Shown here: one piece after another, positions 39,463-53,761 of the stretch
How positions within the stretch are numbered: position 1 is the first letter of the stretch
How the letters are laid out: every line of letters starts with the position of its first letter
From: Cetorhinus maximus
Taxonomy: Eukaryota
Assembly: GCF_964194155.1 (NCBI RefSeq)
Contig: NC_135904.1
Coordinates: 34,782,001-34,846,000 of the forward strand
Direction of reading: 5' to 3'
Length of the DNA stretch: 64,000 nt
The notes under the pieces: generated by a model
What the model was told of the DNA's origin: nothing
Database searches by the model: none
The model's input: the letters and a program-made list of their open reading frames with translations, nothing else
Program-made: the position numbers and the translations under genes

Positions 39463-39755
39463 AGGGTACGGTGGCTCAGTGGTTACTTTGCATCAGCAAC
39501 CTGGAGATCGTGCGCTAAAATTCCACCGTGACAAGATGTGAAGCTGAACTTAATAAATCTGGTGATTTGTGGACTGGCATCAGGAAAATCACCACGAAAG
39601 CCAAAAACATCATCACAAAAGCCCAATGCACTTCAGGAAAGGGAACCCGCCATCCCTCTGGTCTACAGGTCCATAGGCCCACACACAACCTCTGAAGCGG
39701 GCTAGCTTGGGATGATGGGCTTTATCAGCCTCACCTATATTCTGAGAACAAAGAT
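39463..39755 (+). mobile_element. tRNA-derived SINE (degenerate)
   Basis: A-box-like ggtggctcagtgg head; body loosely similar to 54560-54700 and 62510-62750. Confidence 0.55.
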
Positions 39756-40024
39756 TCAAAAATTATACCATTTATCTTTGTTAGTCCTTGAATTTAGCCC
39801 TATGGGTGGTTCTTAATTCGACAACGTTCTGATCTTTTTGCATGTGAACAATCTAACATATTTTAGGATTACATTACTTCTCAAAATGGTCCATTATTGC
39901 TAGTATAAATTGTCACTGGATAATTACAGGCTTTGACAAACTAAGTTTTAAAAAAAAGTTCAAATGATTAAACATACTGTTACTGGAGAAAAAAAAGAGA
40001 TGAGACATGATTTAGGCAAACGCA

Positions 40025-41530
40025 AAAACATTAGAAATAGGAGTAGGAGGCCTTTTGGCCCTCGAGCCTGTTCCGCCATCAAATAAGATCATGGCTGATA
40101 CGATTGTGGCTTTAACTCCACTTTCCTGCCTGCTCTCCCAATTCCTCCCCACCCCCAATAACCTTTGATCCCCTTGTAGGCCAAAACACTTTTTAGCTCA
40201 GCCTTAAGTGTTTTTTTTTATTTAACAATCATGGGATGTGAGCGTTGCTTGCTAGGCCAATAGGTAATAACCCATCCTTAACTGCCCTTGAGAAGGTGGT
40301 GGTGAGCTGCCTTCTTGAACCGCTGCAGTCCATGTGGTGTAGATACACCCACAGTGGTGTTAGGGAAGGAGTTCCAGGATATTGACCCCGTGACAGTTAA
40401 GGAACAGCGATATAGTTCCAAGTCAGGGTGGTGTTTGGCTTAGGGGGAACTTGCAGGTGGTGGTCTTCCCGTGCATCTGTTGCTCTTGTCCTACCAGAAG
40501 TCGCAGACATGGAAGGTACTGTCGAAGCAGCCTTGGTGAGTTGCCGCAGTGCATCTTGTAGATGGTACACACTACTGTGTGTCGGTGGTGGAGGGAGTGA
40601 ATATTTAAGGTGGTAGATGGGGTACCAATGAAGTGCACTGCTTTGTCCTGGCTGGTGCAGAGTTGCTTGTTTGTTGTTGGAGTTGTACTCATCCAGGCAA
40701 GTGGAGAGTATTCCATCACATGCCTGACTTTTGCCTTACAGATGGTGGACAGGCTTCGGGGAATCAGGAGATGAGTTATTTACTGCAGAATTCCTAGCCT
40801 CTGACCTGCTCTTGCAGCCACAGTATTTAAATGGATGGACTAATTCAATTTCTGGTCAATGCTAACTCTCAGGATGTTGGTGGTGGGGGATTCAGTGATG
40901 GCAATGCCATTGAATATCAATGTATTCAATGACCCAGTCTCACTGTTCCCTTGCAAAGGTAAATGACCCTCAGAGAAGAAATTCTTCCTCACCTCTGTTT
41001 TAAATGGGAGACACCTTACTTTAAGTTATGTCCACAAGTTCTAGATTCCCCATGAGGGGAGACATCCTCTCAGTATATACATTGTCAAGCCCCCTCAGAA
41101 TTTGATGTGTTTCAATAATATCACCTCTAATTCTTCTAAACGCCAATGAATATAGACCCAACTTGTTCAACCTTTCTTCATAAGACAATCCCTTCATCTC
41201 CGGAATCAGCCTAGTGAATCTCCTCTGGACTGCCTCCAATGCAAGTATATCCCTCCTTAAATAGGGAGGCCAAAACTGTACTTGGTACTTTAGGTGTAAT
41301 CTCACCAGTGTCCTGTACAATTATGGTAAGACTTCCATATTTTTATACTCCAATCCCTTTGCAATAAAGACCAACATTCCATTTGCCTTCCTAATTACAT
41401 TGTTATAGCTGCAAGCTAACATTTTGTGATTTATGTATGAAGACACCCAGATCTCCCTATAGCACTGTTTTCTGCAGTCTCTCTTCATTTAAATAATATT
41501 CTGCTTTCCTATTCTCCCTGCCAAATTGGC
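40025..41530 (-). mobile_element. Classic CR1 3' half with a family-B LINE nested at ~40210-40920
   Basis: CR1 MYRTLVRLHLKYQVQFWPPY...; the CR1 tail is split at gccttaa / tgtattcaatgacc by family-B MMEYSPLAWMS. Confidence 0.85.
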
Positions 41531-42389
41531 CAGTGAGATACCATTATTCCATAGCATCTCAGATTAACTTCTGAATTTTCCCATTTAACTATGCACCCGG
41601 CCTTGCCTGAAGTTGCTATGTAATTTGCACATAAATAACAAGTCAGTGCCCTTAGTCTCATTGCTATCGGAACAGTAAATGTCACAAAGGATTAGGATAA
41701 CAAGTTGACTTCTGGTATTAAAACCATGTTTTATAAACTACAAAACCCTTAAAATCATTAATTCACTCACTGATAAAATACCAAGTGTTATTCTGTCTTA
41801 ATGTAAAAAAAAAAGGACATTGGAAAAAGCATTTGGCAAATCAGAATGCAGAACACAAAGGTTCATCAGGTGCATGTACAACACTAACCAAAAACAAAAA
41901 CAATAATTTACTAGGACGAACGTCTTTAGAGAATCATAACAGGAGCCTAAAAGAATGCAGACACGTTTCTGTGGTAATATTTTGGGAGGAAACTATGCTT
42001 CAGAAAAAAATATTTTAATCAGCTAGGATCCCAAAATTTGTGTCACACCCAACATCTATCACACAGGAACCCAATGAACAGCATGGTTATATATCCAAAG
42101 GAAACTTGAATTCCTTTCTTTCACAGATAAATCAAAACACAGAGGAATAAGGAGAGCAGAGCAGGACTTTGAGGTCTTAATGAGTAAATATTTGAAGGGC
42201 AGGGAAAAGATTTCATTTGCATTAACAGAAGTTAAACCACCCACAGGACAACAAAATATTCATTTATTATGTTGTGGATTTTTTTTATTCCTTCACGAGA
42301 TGTGGGTGCTGATGGCAAAGTCAGCATTTGTTGCCCATCCCTAATTGTCCTTGGTGGTGGGATTATAAATAATAAAACCTGTGTTTAAA

Positions 42390-42800
42390 TACTACCTTAG
42401 AACATCGAAATATCACAAAAGCATTTCACACAATTAATTATTTTAAATGCAGTGACTTGTGGTGGCAAAATGCAGTTAATCTTAGTCAGGGGGCTCGGTG
42501 CCAAGAACATCCTGCAAACAGCAATCAGGTCAATGGTCAGTTAATCCAGTTACTTTAAATGGAGTCCACTGAAGGGCAAAGGCTGGCCAAGGCATTGAAG
42601 AAGTGGGGAATGTCTCAAAGACTGCTGTGGATCTTTAACAATCGCCTGAATGAACGGCCAGGCAGAGCCTCGGTTTAATATCTTTTTCAGCGCTGAATTG
42701 CAAAATTTCTTCAATACAGTGTTAGCCTGCATCATGAGTTCAAACTTCAGGACAGGGCTGAAAACCAGTTCCTGTATCAGAGATTACACTGATACTTACA
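42390..42800 (-). mobile_element. Deu-domain SINE (degenerate)
   Basis: Collinear with 26290-26620 (gcctcggtttaatatct...). Confidence 0.5.
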
Positions 42801-42929
42801 AACTCCCATAAGTAAACTCAGGTGTCTCACATGAAAGGCAAGAATACACATCAAACTAAAGCTCATGTAGTTGGGTAGCAGTGTCCTTATCAAGGATAAT
42901 GGCTGCTATAAAATACTGACCAAACAAGG

Positions 42930-45035
42930 TAATCACACTTGGGAATGAATTGGGCCAGGTAGATCAAGTGACAGTGGGGGAACCTTTAGGGGGCAGTGAT
43001 CATTGTATCATAAGGTTTAGGATGACGATGGAAAATGACATTGGTCAATCCAGAGTAAGAATAACCAACTGGTGGAGAGCGGATTTCAATGGGGCAAGAA
43101 CAGAGCTTGGCCGGATAGACTGGAACCAAAGGCTGGTGGGAAAAACAGTAGCTGAACAATGGGCTACCTTCAAAGAGGAGATGGTTTGGGTAAAGTCAAG
43201 GTATGGTCCCTCAAAAGGGAAAGGTAGGACAAACAAATCCAGAGCTCCCCGGATGACAAAGGAGATAGAAATTAAGTTAAAGAAGAAAAAGTGTGCTTAC
43301 GACTGGTGTCAGGTAGCAAATACAATTGAGAACCAAGCTGAATACAGAAGATTCAGAAGGGATGTGAAAAAGCAAATACGAGAAGCAAAGAGAGATTATG
43401 AAAAAAGACTGGCAGCTAACATAAAAGGAAATCCCAAAGTATTCTATAAGAACATCAATAGTAAAAGGGAGGTAAAAGGAAGAGTAGGGCTGATTAGAGA
43501 CCAAGAAGGGATTTACACATAGACGCAAGCTGCATGGCTGAGGTGTTAAATGAATACTTTGCATCTGTCTTTACCTACGAGGCAGATGCTGCCCAGGCCA
43601 TGGTGACAGAGGAAGAAATTCAGTCACTAGAAGTGTTTAAAATTGATAAGAAGGAGGTATTGGATAAGCTGTCAGTACTTAAAGTCAATAAGGTACCGGG
43701 AGAGGATGAGATGCAACCAAGAATATTGAAGAAAGTGAGTGTGGAAATTGCAGAGGCACTGACAATAACCTTTCAATGTTCCCTGGATTCGGGGAGGTGC
43801 CAGAGGACTGGAGAATTGCAAACGTTATGCCCTTGTTCAAAAAAGGTTGTAAAGATCTGCCCTGCAATTACAGACCAGTCAGTTTAACTTCGGTGGTGGG
43901 GATACTTCTAGAAACAATTATTCGCGATAGAATTAATAGTCACATGAAAAAATGTGGATTGATTTGGAAGAGTCAGCTTGGGTTTGTTAAAGGAAAATCT
44001 TGTCAAATGAACTTGGAGTTTTTTGAAGAGGTAACAGAGATGGTTAATGGGGACAAGGTTGTTGATGTGGTGTACATGGACTTCCAAAAGGCGTTCGATA
44101 CAGTGACACACAACAGACTTGAGGAAAGTTATAGGTCATGGAATAAAAGGGACAGTAGCAAAGTGGACAATTTCAAAGTTTGTGGATGACGCAAAACTTG
44201 GGAGAATTGCAAAATGTGAGGAGAACAGTGTAGAACTTAAAAAGGACATTGACACTTTGGTGGAGTGGGCAGATAGGTGGTAGATGAAGTTCGATGCGGA
44301 GGAGTGTGAGGTGTTACACTTTGGTACAGAGAACATGGAGAGACAGTATAAAATAAGGGACACTATTCTAAAGGGTGTGCAGGAACAGGGAGACCTGGGT
44401 GTATATGTATATAAGTCAATAAAGGTGGCAGAACGGGTAGAGAGAGCTATTTCTAAAGCACATAGTATTCTAGGCTTCATTAGTAGAGGCATAGAGTACA
44501 TTGGTTAGACCTCAGCTGGAGTACTGTGTACAGATCTGGGCGCCACACTATAGGAAGGATGTGAATGCATTGGAGAGTGTGCAGAAGAGGTTTACGAGAA
44601 TGGTTCCAGGAATGGGACACTTCAGCTATGAGGAAAGATTGGAGAAGTTGGGACTGGTTTCCTTGGAGAGGAGAAGGCTAAGAGGAGGCATGATAAAAGT
44701 TTTCAAAATCTTGAGGGGTCTGGGCAGAGTAGATAGGGAGAAACTGTTCCCGCTCCTAAACGGATCAAGAAACATTTTAAAGTGTTTTGCGAAAGAAGCA
44801 AATGCGAGGTGAGCGAAAGCTTTTTCACCCAGCGAGTAGTTAGGGTTTGGAATGCACTGCCTGGAAGTGTGGTGGAGGCAGATTCAATTGGGGCATTCAA
44901 GAGGGCATTGGATGATTATTTAAATAGAAACAACGTGCAGGGTTACAGGGAAAAGGCAGGAGATTAGCACTAGGTTAAGCCGGTGCAGACACAATGGGCT
45001 GAATGGCCTCCTTCTACACCTTAACAATTCTGTGA
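42930..45035 (+). mobile_element. Classic CR1 LINE ORF2 (endonuclease end through RT), 5'-truncated pseudogene
   Basis: LGGSDHCIIRF, NYRPVSLTSVVG, VYMDFQKAFD, VRPQLEYCVQIWAPHY, FFTQRVVRVWNALP; frameshifted. Confidence 0.93.
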
Positions 45036-46094
45036 AGTATACATTAAAACAAACATAATTTTTCCCTCGCCCAAAACCACGCATTCCACCTTTGTTTTTT
45101 CATGAAGCAAAGCATAGGAACTCTTTGTGAAGATTCACCCAACAAAACCACAGAATATCACTGCAGTTCACCATGAAATCAAACCAAAAACAATTCCTTT
45201 TCAGTTTCTAATGAAAACGTCAGCAAAATATTTTAAACTAAAAACAGTTATAATGCCTTTGGGAAAGGCTAAATCGAAGCATTTGATGTTGATTCAGAAA
45301 TGATGGAATAACATGAGATATTTAACACCAATACATCACATGGAATATCAAGAGGAACAGCCAGCCAATAGTGGCTTGCTACTCATTTCCAAAAAGGATA
45401 TTTACAGTTAAAGAATTAAGATCATTTTAAAGTCTACTTATTTTAAGTATTTTAAGTTAAAAGCAAACAACAGCTCATATGTGCAATTTAATAAGGGTTA
45501 TTAACATTTTAATGTACCGTTTGTACATGACAGTAACTGGTTACCAATGGTATGAAATATTAGGAGACTTGGTTCAATCATTTCTTCTTGAGTAACGTCC
45601 AAAATAAATTCATCTAAGTGGATTTTTTTTTCAGGTTTGAATTCAAACAAAATATATGTAAGATAAATAATATTACTTTTCATCGCTCAGAAATTCCCTG
45701 GATTTTGTTTAAAAGGTTTCCAAATGTCTCCCCAGATACATGGTTGGAAAAACATGATAACAGATTAGTTACCACTCCTAAAAACTCTGCAGGATTTGCT
45801 ATTTCATACACCATCATCGCTCTGGTGATTTGAGTTATGGAATGAGGTCACCAGTTTCAGTGGTGGTGAACTTGCACTTTGGACCAGTCTGGGAATTATC
45901 TGGAACTGCACAGAATTACATCAAAACAGTTAACAGCACAGAAACAGGTCATTCAGCCCAAGTGACCTAGGTCTCCATTTATGCTGCACACACACCCCCT
46001 CCCACCCTCATTCATCTAACCCCATCAGCATATCCTTCTGTCCCTTTCTTCCAGATATATTTACCTAACTTAAATGCGTCTATGGTATTCACCT

Positions 46095-47575
46095 TGTATC
46101 CTTACTGGCTACGGGTGAGACCCCAGAGGACTGGAGAATGGCCAATGCTGTTCCATTGTTTAAGAAGGGTAGCAGGGATAATCCAGGAAATTACAGGCTG
46201 GTGAGCCTTACGTCAGTGGTAGGGAAATTATTGGAGAAGATTCTTCGTGACAGGATTTATTACCATTTGGAAGCAAATGGGCGTATTAGTGAGAGGCAGC
46301 ATGGTTTTGTGAAGGGGAGGTCGTGTCTCACTGGCTTGATCGAGTTTTTCAGGGAAGTGACAAAGATGATCGACGATGGAAGGGCAGTGGATGTTATCTA
46401 CATGGATTTCAGTAAGGCCTTTGACAAGGTCCCTCATGGTAGACTGTACAGGAGGTAAAGTCGCACGGGATCAGAGGTGAGCTGGCAAGATGGATACAGA
46501 ATTGGCTTGGTCATAGAAGACAGAGGGTAGCAGTGGAAGGGTGATTTTCTGAATGGAGAGCTGTGACTAGTGGCGTTCCGCAGGGATCAGTGTTGGGACC
46601 TTTGCTGTTTGTAGTATACGTAAATGATTTGGAGGAAAATGTAACTGGGCTAATTAGTAAGTTTGCAGACGACACTAAGGTTGGAGGAGTTGCAGATAGT
46701 GAAGAGGATTGTCAAAGGATACAACGGGATATAGATCGGTTGGAGACTTGGGCGGAGAAATGGCAGATGGAGTTTAATCTGGACAAATGCGAGGTAATGC
46801 ATTTTGGAAGGTCTAATACAGGTAGGAATTATACAGTAAATGGCAGAACCCTTAAGTCCATTGACGGGCAGAGGGATCTGGGAGTACAGGTCCACAGGTC
46901 ACTGAAAGTGGCACCACAGGTGGATAAGGTAGTCAGGAAGGCATATGGCATGCTTGCCTTCATTGGCAGGGGTATTGAGTATAAAAGCTGGGAAGTCATG
47001 CTGCAGCTGTATAGAACCTTGGTTAGGCCACACTTAGAATATTGCGTGCAATTCTGGTCGCCACATTACCAGAAGAATATGGAGGTGTTGGAGAGGGTGC
47101 AGAGGAGGTTTACCAGGATTCTGCCTGGTCTGGAGGTTATTAGCTATGAGGAGAGGTTGGAGAAGATCGGATTGTTCTCACTAGAACGACGGAGATTGAG
47201 GGGCGACTTAATAGAAGTTTACAAAATTATGAGTGGTATGGACAGAGTAGATAGTCAGAAGCTTTTTCCTAGGGTGGAAGAGTCAATTACTAGGGGACAT
47301 AGATTTAAGGTGAGAGGAGAAAACTATAGAGGAGATGTGCGGGGCAAGTTTTTTATGCAGAGGGTAGTGAGTGTCTGGAATTCGCTGCCAGAGGAGGTGG
47401 TGGAAGCAGGTACGATAGTGGTGTTTAAGAGGCAGCTTGACAAATACATGAATAGGATGGGAATAGAGGGATACGGACCCCGGAAGTGCAAAATGTTTTA
47501 GTTGACGGGCAATATGATCTGCACAGACTTGGAGGGCCGAAGGGCCTGTTCCTGTGCTGTACTTTTCTTTATTCT
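46095..47575 (+). mobile_element. Young classic CR1 LINE 3' half; 312-codon open RT segment at 46563-47501
   Basis: YMDFSKAFDKVPHGRL, SGVPQGSVLGPLLF, KFADDTK, tail gggccgaagggcctgttcctgtgctgtac; few disablements. Confidence 0.95.
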
Positions 47576-47959
47576 TCAACTCCCTCCAAACAGTATCATA
47601 ATTGTTACAACACACAAGACCATTCGGCATGTCGAGTCCGTTTTGGCTCTTTGCAAGAGCAATCCAGCTAGTCACCCTCCCCACCCTTTTTCCATAGCCC
47701 TGCAAATGTTTTACCCTTAGTGCATATACAATTCTCTTTCAAAGCCATGACAGTACCTGTTCCTACCATACGCTCAGGTAGTACATTCTAGATTGTAACT
47801 ACTTGCTGGGTAAAAAAACTTTCCCTTGTGTCATAGGAACATAAATAAGAACAGGAGTAGGCCATTCAACCCTTCGAGCCTGCTCTGCCATTCAGTAAGA
47901 TCATGGGCTAAACTCCATTTTCCTGTCTATAGCCCTTGACTCCTTTGAATTCTCAACTA

Positions 47960-48445
47960 TTCCAACACAGTGCTGGCTGCTCTCCAGACTTTTACCCTCT
48001 GTAAACTTGAAGTCATCCTGCTCTGCTGCCCATGTCTTAACTGCAGCAAGTCCTGTTCTCCTATGTGCTAGGTGACCTACATTGGCTCCAGGTCAAACAA
48101 CATGTTGATTTAAAATTTCTCATCATTGTTTACAAATCGTTCCATGGCCTCGCTCCCCCTTCCCTATCCTTGTAATCTCCTTCAACTCCACAACCCTCCA
48201 AAATATCTGCACTCTTCTAACTCTGGACTCTTATACATTCCCAATCATAGTTGCTCTCCCACTGGTGGTTGTGCCTTTAGTTACCTAGACCCCAAGCTCT
48301 GGAATTCCCTCCTTACACCTCTCTGCCTCTCTAACTCACTTTTCTTCTTTAAGACACTTCTTAAACCTACCTCTTTGGCCAAGCTTTTGGTCATCTGACA
48401 TAACGCCTCCTTATGCGGCTGGTGTCATACCTTGTTTTATAATAC
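47960..48445 (+). mobile_element. L2 LINE 3' fragment
   Basis: ctacattggctcc...aagctctggaattccctc...gtggtgtca-like tail. Confidence 0.7.
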
Positions 48446-48449
48446 GATT

Positions 48450-51400
48450 GGCCGGGATTTTCCGTCCCCGTTGGTGTCGGGCGTCATGACAGGTGTCAGC
48501 GGACAGTATGGCAGGCAGGCTAAAAATCAGTTTCACGCTGTTGTGAAACCAGTTAGTGATCGTCCGTACCGCCTGTCAATGGCAGGCTGCGTTTCCCCCC
48601 ACCAGACGCTGGGAAGGTCATTTTAATACATCTGCATACCATTATATGCCCTGCTCGCCAGAATCATCCCCCAAGCTGGATCATCTGGGCATGCGGGCAT
48701 GATTGCACACTGACGTGTTTCACAACAGCATTTAAAAGGCATGCACTTGGCGAGCTGAATTTCAAGGGGGACTTGGAGGTGACTGCACACTAACACTGCG
48801 TAGTGCTCACGAGGGTCGCCCATTCAGCTTCAAGGAAGAGTCGCCGTGCATTCAGGCGAGGGAACGGGCAAGTCGCTTTTTCCCAGTTGACTGACTGACA
48901 GTGTGGTGCCGGGGCACTGCGGCTGGGGCGAGTTGGGGAGGGGGGGAAAGGCAGCCCGATCTGATGGTAGTGCACAACCACATGTAAGTAAGGGTTGCCG
49001 GGGGGGGTGTCGGTGAGGGAAGCGGCCGCACATTAAGGAAACCTTCTATAAAGTGACCATTTTTCTGCAGCTGAGACAGTTCAGGTGCAGCCGCATTGAC
49101 ATGCATGGGGTCGGGCGTCTAGCTTATCTGCCCACTCAAGCAGCGCAGAGGCATGAAAATGTCACCAAATGCTCCAGGGCTTTTCACCCCTCAGGCACAG
49201 GCTGCAAACTAATGAGCGTTTTAGTGGACTGCAGGACAATTGGATGACTGGGCAAGTTGTACAATCTCCTTGTGAAAGCTGGCTATGGAGCAGTCACTGG
49301 TGGAGGCGCACACAGCCCCTTGCAATGTCATCATTCAGGTTTGGACCAGTCCCCACCAAGTTCAAGCTAACAGTGCAGCCTTGGGTTAAGAGAATGCCCT
49401 CGCCTGAACTGAGAGCACAGCATGCAGCCCAGTGGGCAAAGCTGCCACCACCTGGTTAGGTTGAATAGGGCGGATCAGGTTGGGGTTTCGGGCAGGCATG
49501 CAGGGCACTAATATCTGGCCATCCAAGTGATGGCTAGCACACTCTGGGATGCATTAAGGGGCCTTCTGATTTAACCAAGAGAGTTTCTTAGTACACCCAT
49601 GCTAACCCATGCATCTCTTTCAGCCTGCAGGAGGAGTATATCAGGAGCATGGAGCCTGGTAACCTAGCTGTATGCTTCATGGCTTATAGAGAGCGGAGAC
49701 AAAGGAGACGAGAGCAAGGAGGCACCTGGCTGGGCAGAGGGAGGAGCAGCACTCTCAAAACGAAGAGGCAGCTGGAGCTCCAGAGCAGTTCGCTGAAGCT
49801 ACAGTGAGCCATTGTTGGTCAGTGCCTAGCTAGACCCAGGGTCTATAGACGGCTCTGGTCATTCCTCCGAATGACGGAGGAGTGTCTCCGAAAGCTGCGC
49901 ATTTCCAGGGAACTGGTCGGTCATCCTAATGCAGGATTTGGCACCACGGGAACATGGAGGGCATCCACTGTCAGTGGCCATGAAAGTGACTGTGGCACTC
50001 AATTTTTATGCCAGTGGCTCCTTTCAAGGCTCTACAGGTGACCACTGTAGGATATTGCAAGCGTCCACACACAAATGCATCCAAGAGGTCACGGATGCCA
50101 TATTCTCAAAGGCACACAACTTTGTGCATTTCACCCGGGATCAGGGAAGCCAGGAAGCAAGAATGCTGGGATTTGTCCAGATCTCTGGTTTCCCACAAGT
50201 GCAAGGCGTCATCACGTGGCACTCAGATCTTCATGGCAACATGCGGTCAACTATGTCAACCGCTCGCCGAATGTTCTGCGCACGGTTCCCAGGGAATGTC
50301 CACGGCTCCTACATTCTCAGTAGGTCTCAGGTCCCTGACATCTTCCAGGGTCCACAAAGGCTGCAGGGTTGGCTCCACGGGGACAAGGGCTACTCACATC
50401 GGACGTGGCTGATGACGGACGTGGCTGATGATGCCCGTACAGTGGCCTCAGAGTGCAGCAGAGAGAAGGGACAACAAAGCTCATGCTGCAACATGCACTT
50501 TGGTGGAGCAAACCATTGGAATGTTGAAAGTGAGGTTCTGGTGCCTGGACCGGTCTGGTGGAGCCCTGCAATACAGCCCACAGAGTGTGTCACGCATCGT
50601 CATCGTGTACTGTGCCCTTCATAACCTGGCACTGCAAAGGGGAGAGGAGCTGGCTATAGAGAAGATGGAGGAGCTGCAATCTCCTCCGATGAGGATGACG
50701 ACAATGGGGATGAGGGTGAGGAGGTCCTCGAAGACGAAGATGATGGCGATGAAGCCATCGGGTTGTTCAGGCTAGGCAGACGCGCTCAGGAGGCCCTCAC
50801 AGCCACTAGATTCCTGGAGGATGATGACAGCATGCAGTGAGGACACTCCATAAATCCTCACATTGGATCTGTAAGCATTTGACTCCTGTCTGGCTGTTGA
50901 CAGTGCACATACCCTCTGTGGTAAGTCTCCTGTCATGGAGACACAGCAGATGCCCATAGTCCCTACAGTCCAGGAGGATGATGATGATGACATATAGTGG
51001 GGACACTCCATAAATCCTCACATAGCTTATGTGAATGTCTGACCCCTGTCTGGCTGATGGCAGGCCGCTTGCATTCTGAACAGGGTCAAATCACGGAGAT
51101 GCAACGATGAAACTTTAACTTTTCCTGATCCTGTGGCATCCTTCATGAACTGAGCCCTTCAGGACCATACCGTCACCGGGCACAGATGCTGAGAGCACAC
51201 ACAGAGAGAATGACAGAACTCTGAGCCGCCAGCCCAGGACATTCTGGCAGCAAATGATAAGCCCCATCGAGTTGCAGGCATGAATGATGTGTCCAGTGAC
51301 TGTGAAGGCGTACCATCAGTGTGCTGGGAAGGTTGCATAAAGCACAGGGAAATGGCCTTGGACTGAGACACCTGCCTTTATCTTGTGCAGGGACCAAGGT

Positions 51401-53420
51401 TTCACATCTGATTTACACAAGCACTGTTCATCAGAACAAGGAGCCATAGGCAGGGAGACATTCTTGGGAGTTATTTACAACAATGAACATTACTTACAAG
51501 TGATTAACACCCATGCCCAGGCTGTGCAACTAAGTCTTCTTAACCTTCCTAACCCTGCCACTACATCCTGGTGCTCCCCCAACATCCACAGCGGAGGTGG
51601 AGGCAGCCTGCTGACTGCTACGCCCTGTCTGTGATGACCTTGATTGGCATCCTCTGTAAGGCCCTGGCCTGCTTTTGGGTCCTGCTGTGTGGCAGTGGCA
51701 CCCTCCTCAGCCTGTGGAGCTGGAGCTGCTAGGATCACCTGGGTGGATGGCCCCGGGGTGTGCACCTGCTGATCCTTCTTCCTATGGGTGCCCAAGGGCC
51801 CCTGGCTGACTCCGAGGAGAAGGGGAAGCTGGAGTCAGATCGAGCTGCACCCCACCAACCCTCTCACGTTGACTCTGTTGGAGGCCAACTATGACGTCAG
51901 CCCGCGCAGCAGTGCAGGGCCGATGTCCTGGACAAAGATCTCCATGGTGGCCGCCACCCTACAAGTGTCAACCTTGGTGCATTGGCATGCCTGCTATCCC
52001 CTCAGCCTGAAGGCGGATGGAATCCTCCATCATACCTTGCAATCTGAGGAATGCAGCGGACATCCCTTCCTGATGTTCCCGAGCTTGTCTTTGCAGCTCC
52101 AGCAACTGAGGTATGACTGAGTCCGAAGGCTCCTCATCTGACTCAGGCTCAGCAGATTTCTGGTCTCCAGCAGTCCTCTCAGTGCTGAAAACCTGGGAAG
52201 TCCCTGTTACCGCCTGCTGTGGATCAGAGTGTGTGATGTGCTCACCAGATTGTGACCCTGGGGCTACTCTAGAACTAGGTCCCAAAGTGCTCTAGATGTG
52301 GTCTCACCAACACCCTGTACGAATTCTTGCAGGACTTCCTGACTTTTATACTTCGTCCCCCTTGCAAGAAAGGCCAACATTCCATTTGCCTTCCGAAATA
52401 CTCGCTGTATCTGTTAGTGTCCATTTTATGATTGATACACGGGGACATCTAGATTCCTCTGTACTGCAGCATTCTGCAGTCTCTCTCCATTTAAATAATA
52501 TTCTGCTCTTCTATTCTTCCCAGCAAAGTGGACTCTCAAATTGTACTCCATCAAATTTTCACCCATTTACTTAACCTTTCCATATCCCTTGCAGACTCTG
52601 TGTCCTCACACTTTGCTTTCCTACATATCTTTGTATTGTCAGAAAATTTGGCTGCAATGCACTCTGTCCCTTCAGCTAAATCATTAATATAGGTTGTAAA
52701 TAGTTGAGACTCCAGCACTGATCCCTGTGTCACCCCTCCAGTCACAGTTTCCCAACCTGGAAATGACCCATTTCCTGACATACTGTTTCCTGTTAGTTAG
52801 TCAATCATCTATCCATGCTAATATATCACCCCCAACACCATCAGCTCTTACCTTGTGTTTGCTTTTATGTGGCACCTTATCAAATGTCTTTTGTATATCC
52901 AAATACACTACATATACTGTTCCCTTTATCCAACCTGCTTGTTACACTCTCAAAGAACTCTAATAAATTAGTCACATACAATTTCCCTTTCAAAAACCAA
53001 GCTGACTCTGTTTGATTGAAATATGATTTCTGAAATGTCCTACTATTAATCCCTTAATAGTGGGTCCCAGCATTCTCCCAAAAACAGATGTTAGGCTAAC
53101 TAGCCTATAGCTTCCTGCTTTGTCTTTCTCCTTTCCTGAATAGAGATGTTACATTTGCAGTTTTCCAATCCACCGGGACCTTTACAGAATCTAAGGAATT
53201 TAGGGTCAGGGAGCATAGGGGCCCTCCCTTCCCAATGCCGGGTCCCTCTATCAGGCAATGAGCGCCCTTGAACAAGAGAACCCGTACCTGAGAGCCCGCA
53301 AGCAAACACACCAGGTTTGTCGGGCCAGGGTGGGGAGGACAAGGCTCTTAGTGGGCATTAATTTCCCACTTAAGAGCCTCCATGAGCAGTGGGGCAAGGC
53401 GGCCATCTACGGCTGAGTTT
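48450..53420 (+). mobile_element. PIF/Harbinger transposon: decayed DDE transposase (~49650-50830, +), convergent second-gene remnant (~51490-52300, -), nested CR1 (~52310-53200, -)
   Basis: KVTVALNFYASGSFQ, ISGFPQVQG, WLHGDKGY, VEQTIGMLKVRFWCL, CALHNLA. Left TIR ggccgggattttcc. The coiled-coil LLELQRQAREHQEGMSAAFLRL fits the usual Myb/SANT partner gene, but the Myb domain itself is not seen. Right end uncertain. Confidence 0.88.
50816..51057. repeat. Tandem duplication (~160-bp period) just after the transposase
   Basis: gaggatgatga...ggacactccataaatcctcacat...tgac(t/c)cctgtctggctg occurs twice. Confidence 0.8.
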
Positions 53421-53761
53421 AATAATTATTTCAAGCTTCATGGCAAAAATGATAAATACTTAATACTGCTTAGTCCAAATAAATTGTTGCTTGCTTTACT
53501 TAATATATGCTACCAAGAGACATGCTTGCAACAGAGTGAAAGAAATTAGCCTCAAAATATTCCTGCAATATTGGGAACATTGTGCTTCCTTCGCTACATG
53601 AAATTCCTGATAAGTACCTTAGCATTATGAAAATATCTGCAGTGGTATTATTACTCAATTACCACTTAAAAGTGAAAAGCTAATCAAGCAAATTTGATAG
53701 TTATTGTGGGTCTTTTCACATTTCCTGACTCCCACTACAAAAAACACGCCTTCTAGCCTAT

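Noticed and set aside
45501-45833. Overlapping short ORFs on both strands
   Set aside because: AT-rich chance ORFs with no family motif.
46563-47501. 312-aa RT ORF as a functional or domesticated gene
   Set aside because: Upstream frameshift (~46445) and stop (~46542), 5'-truncated; an ordinary young CR1 copy.
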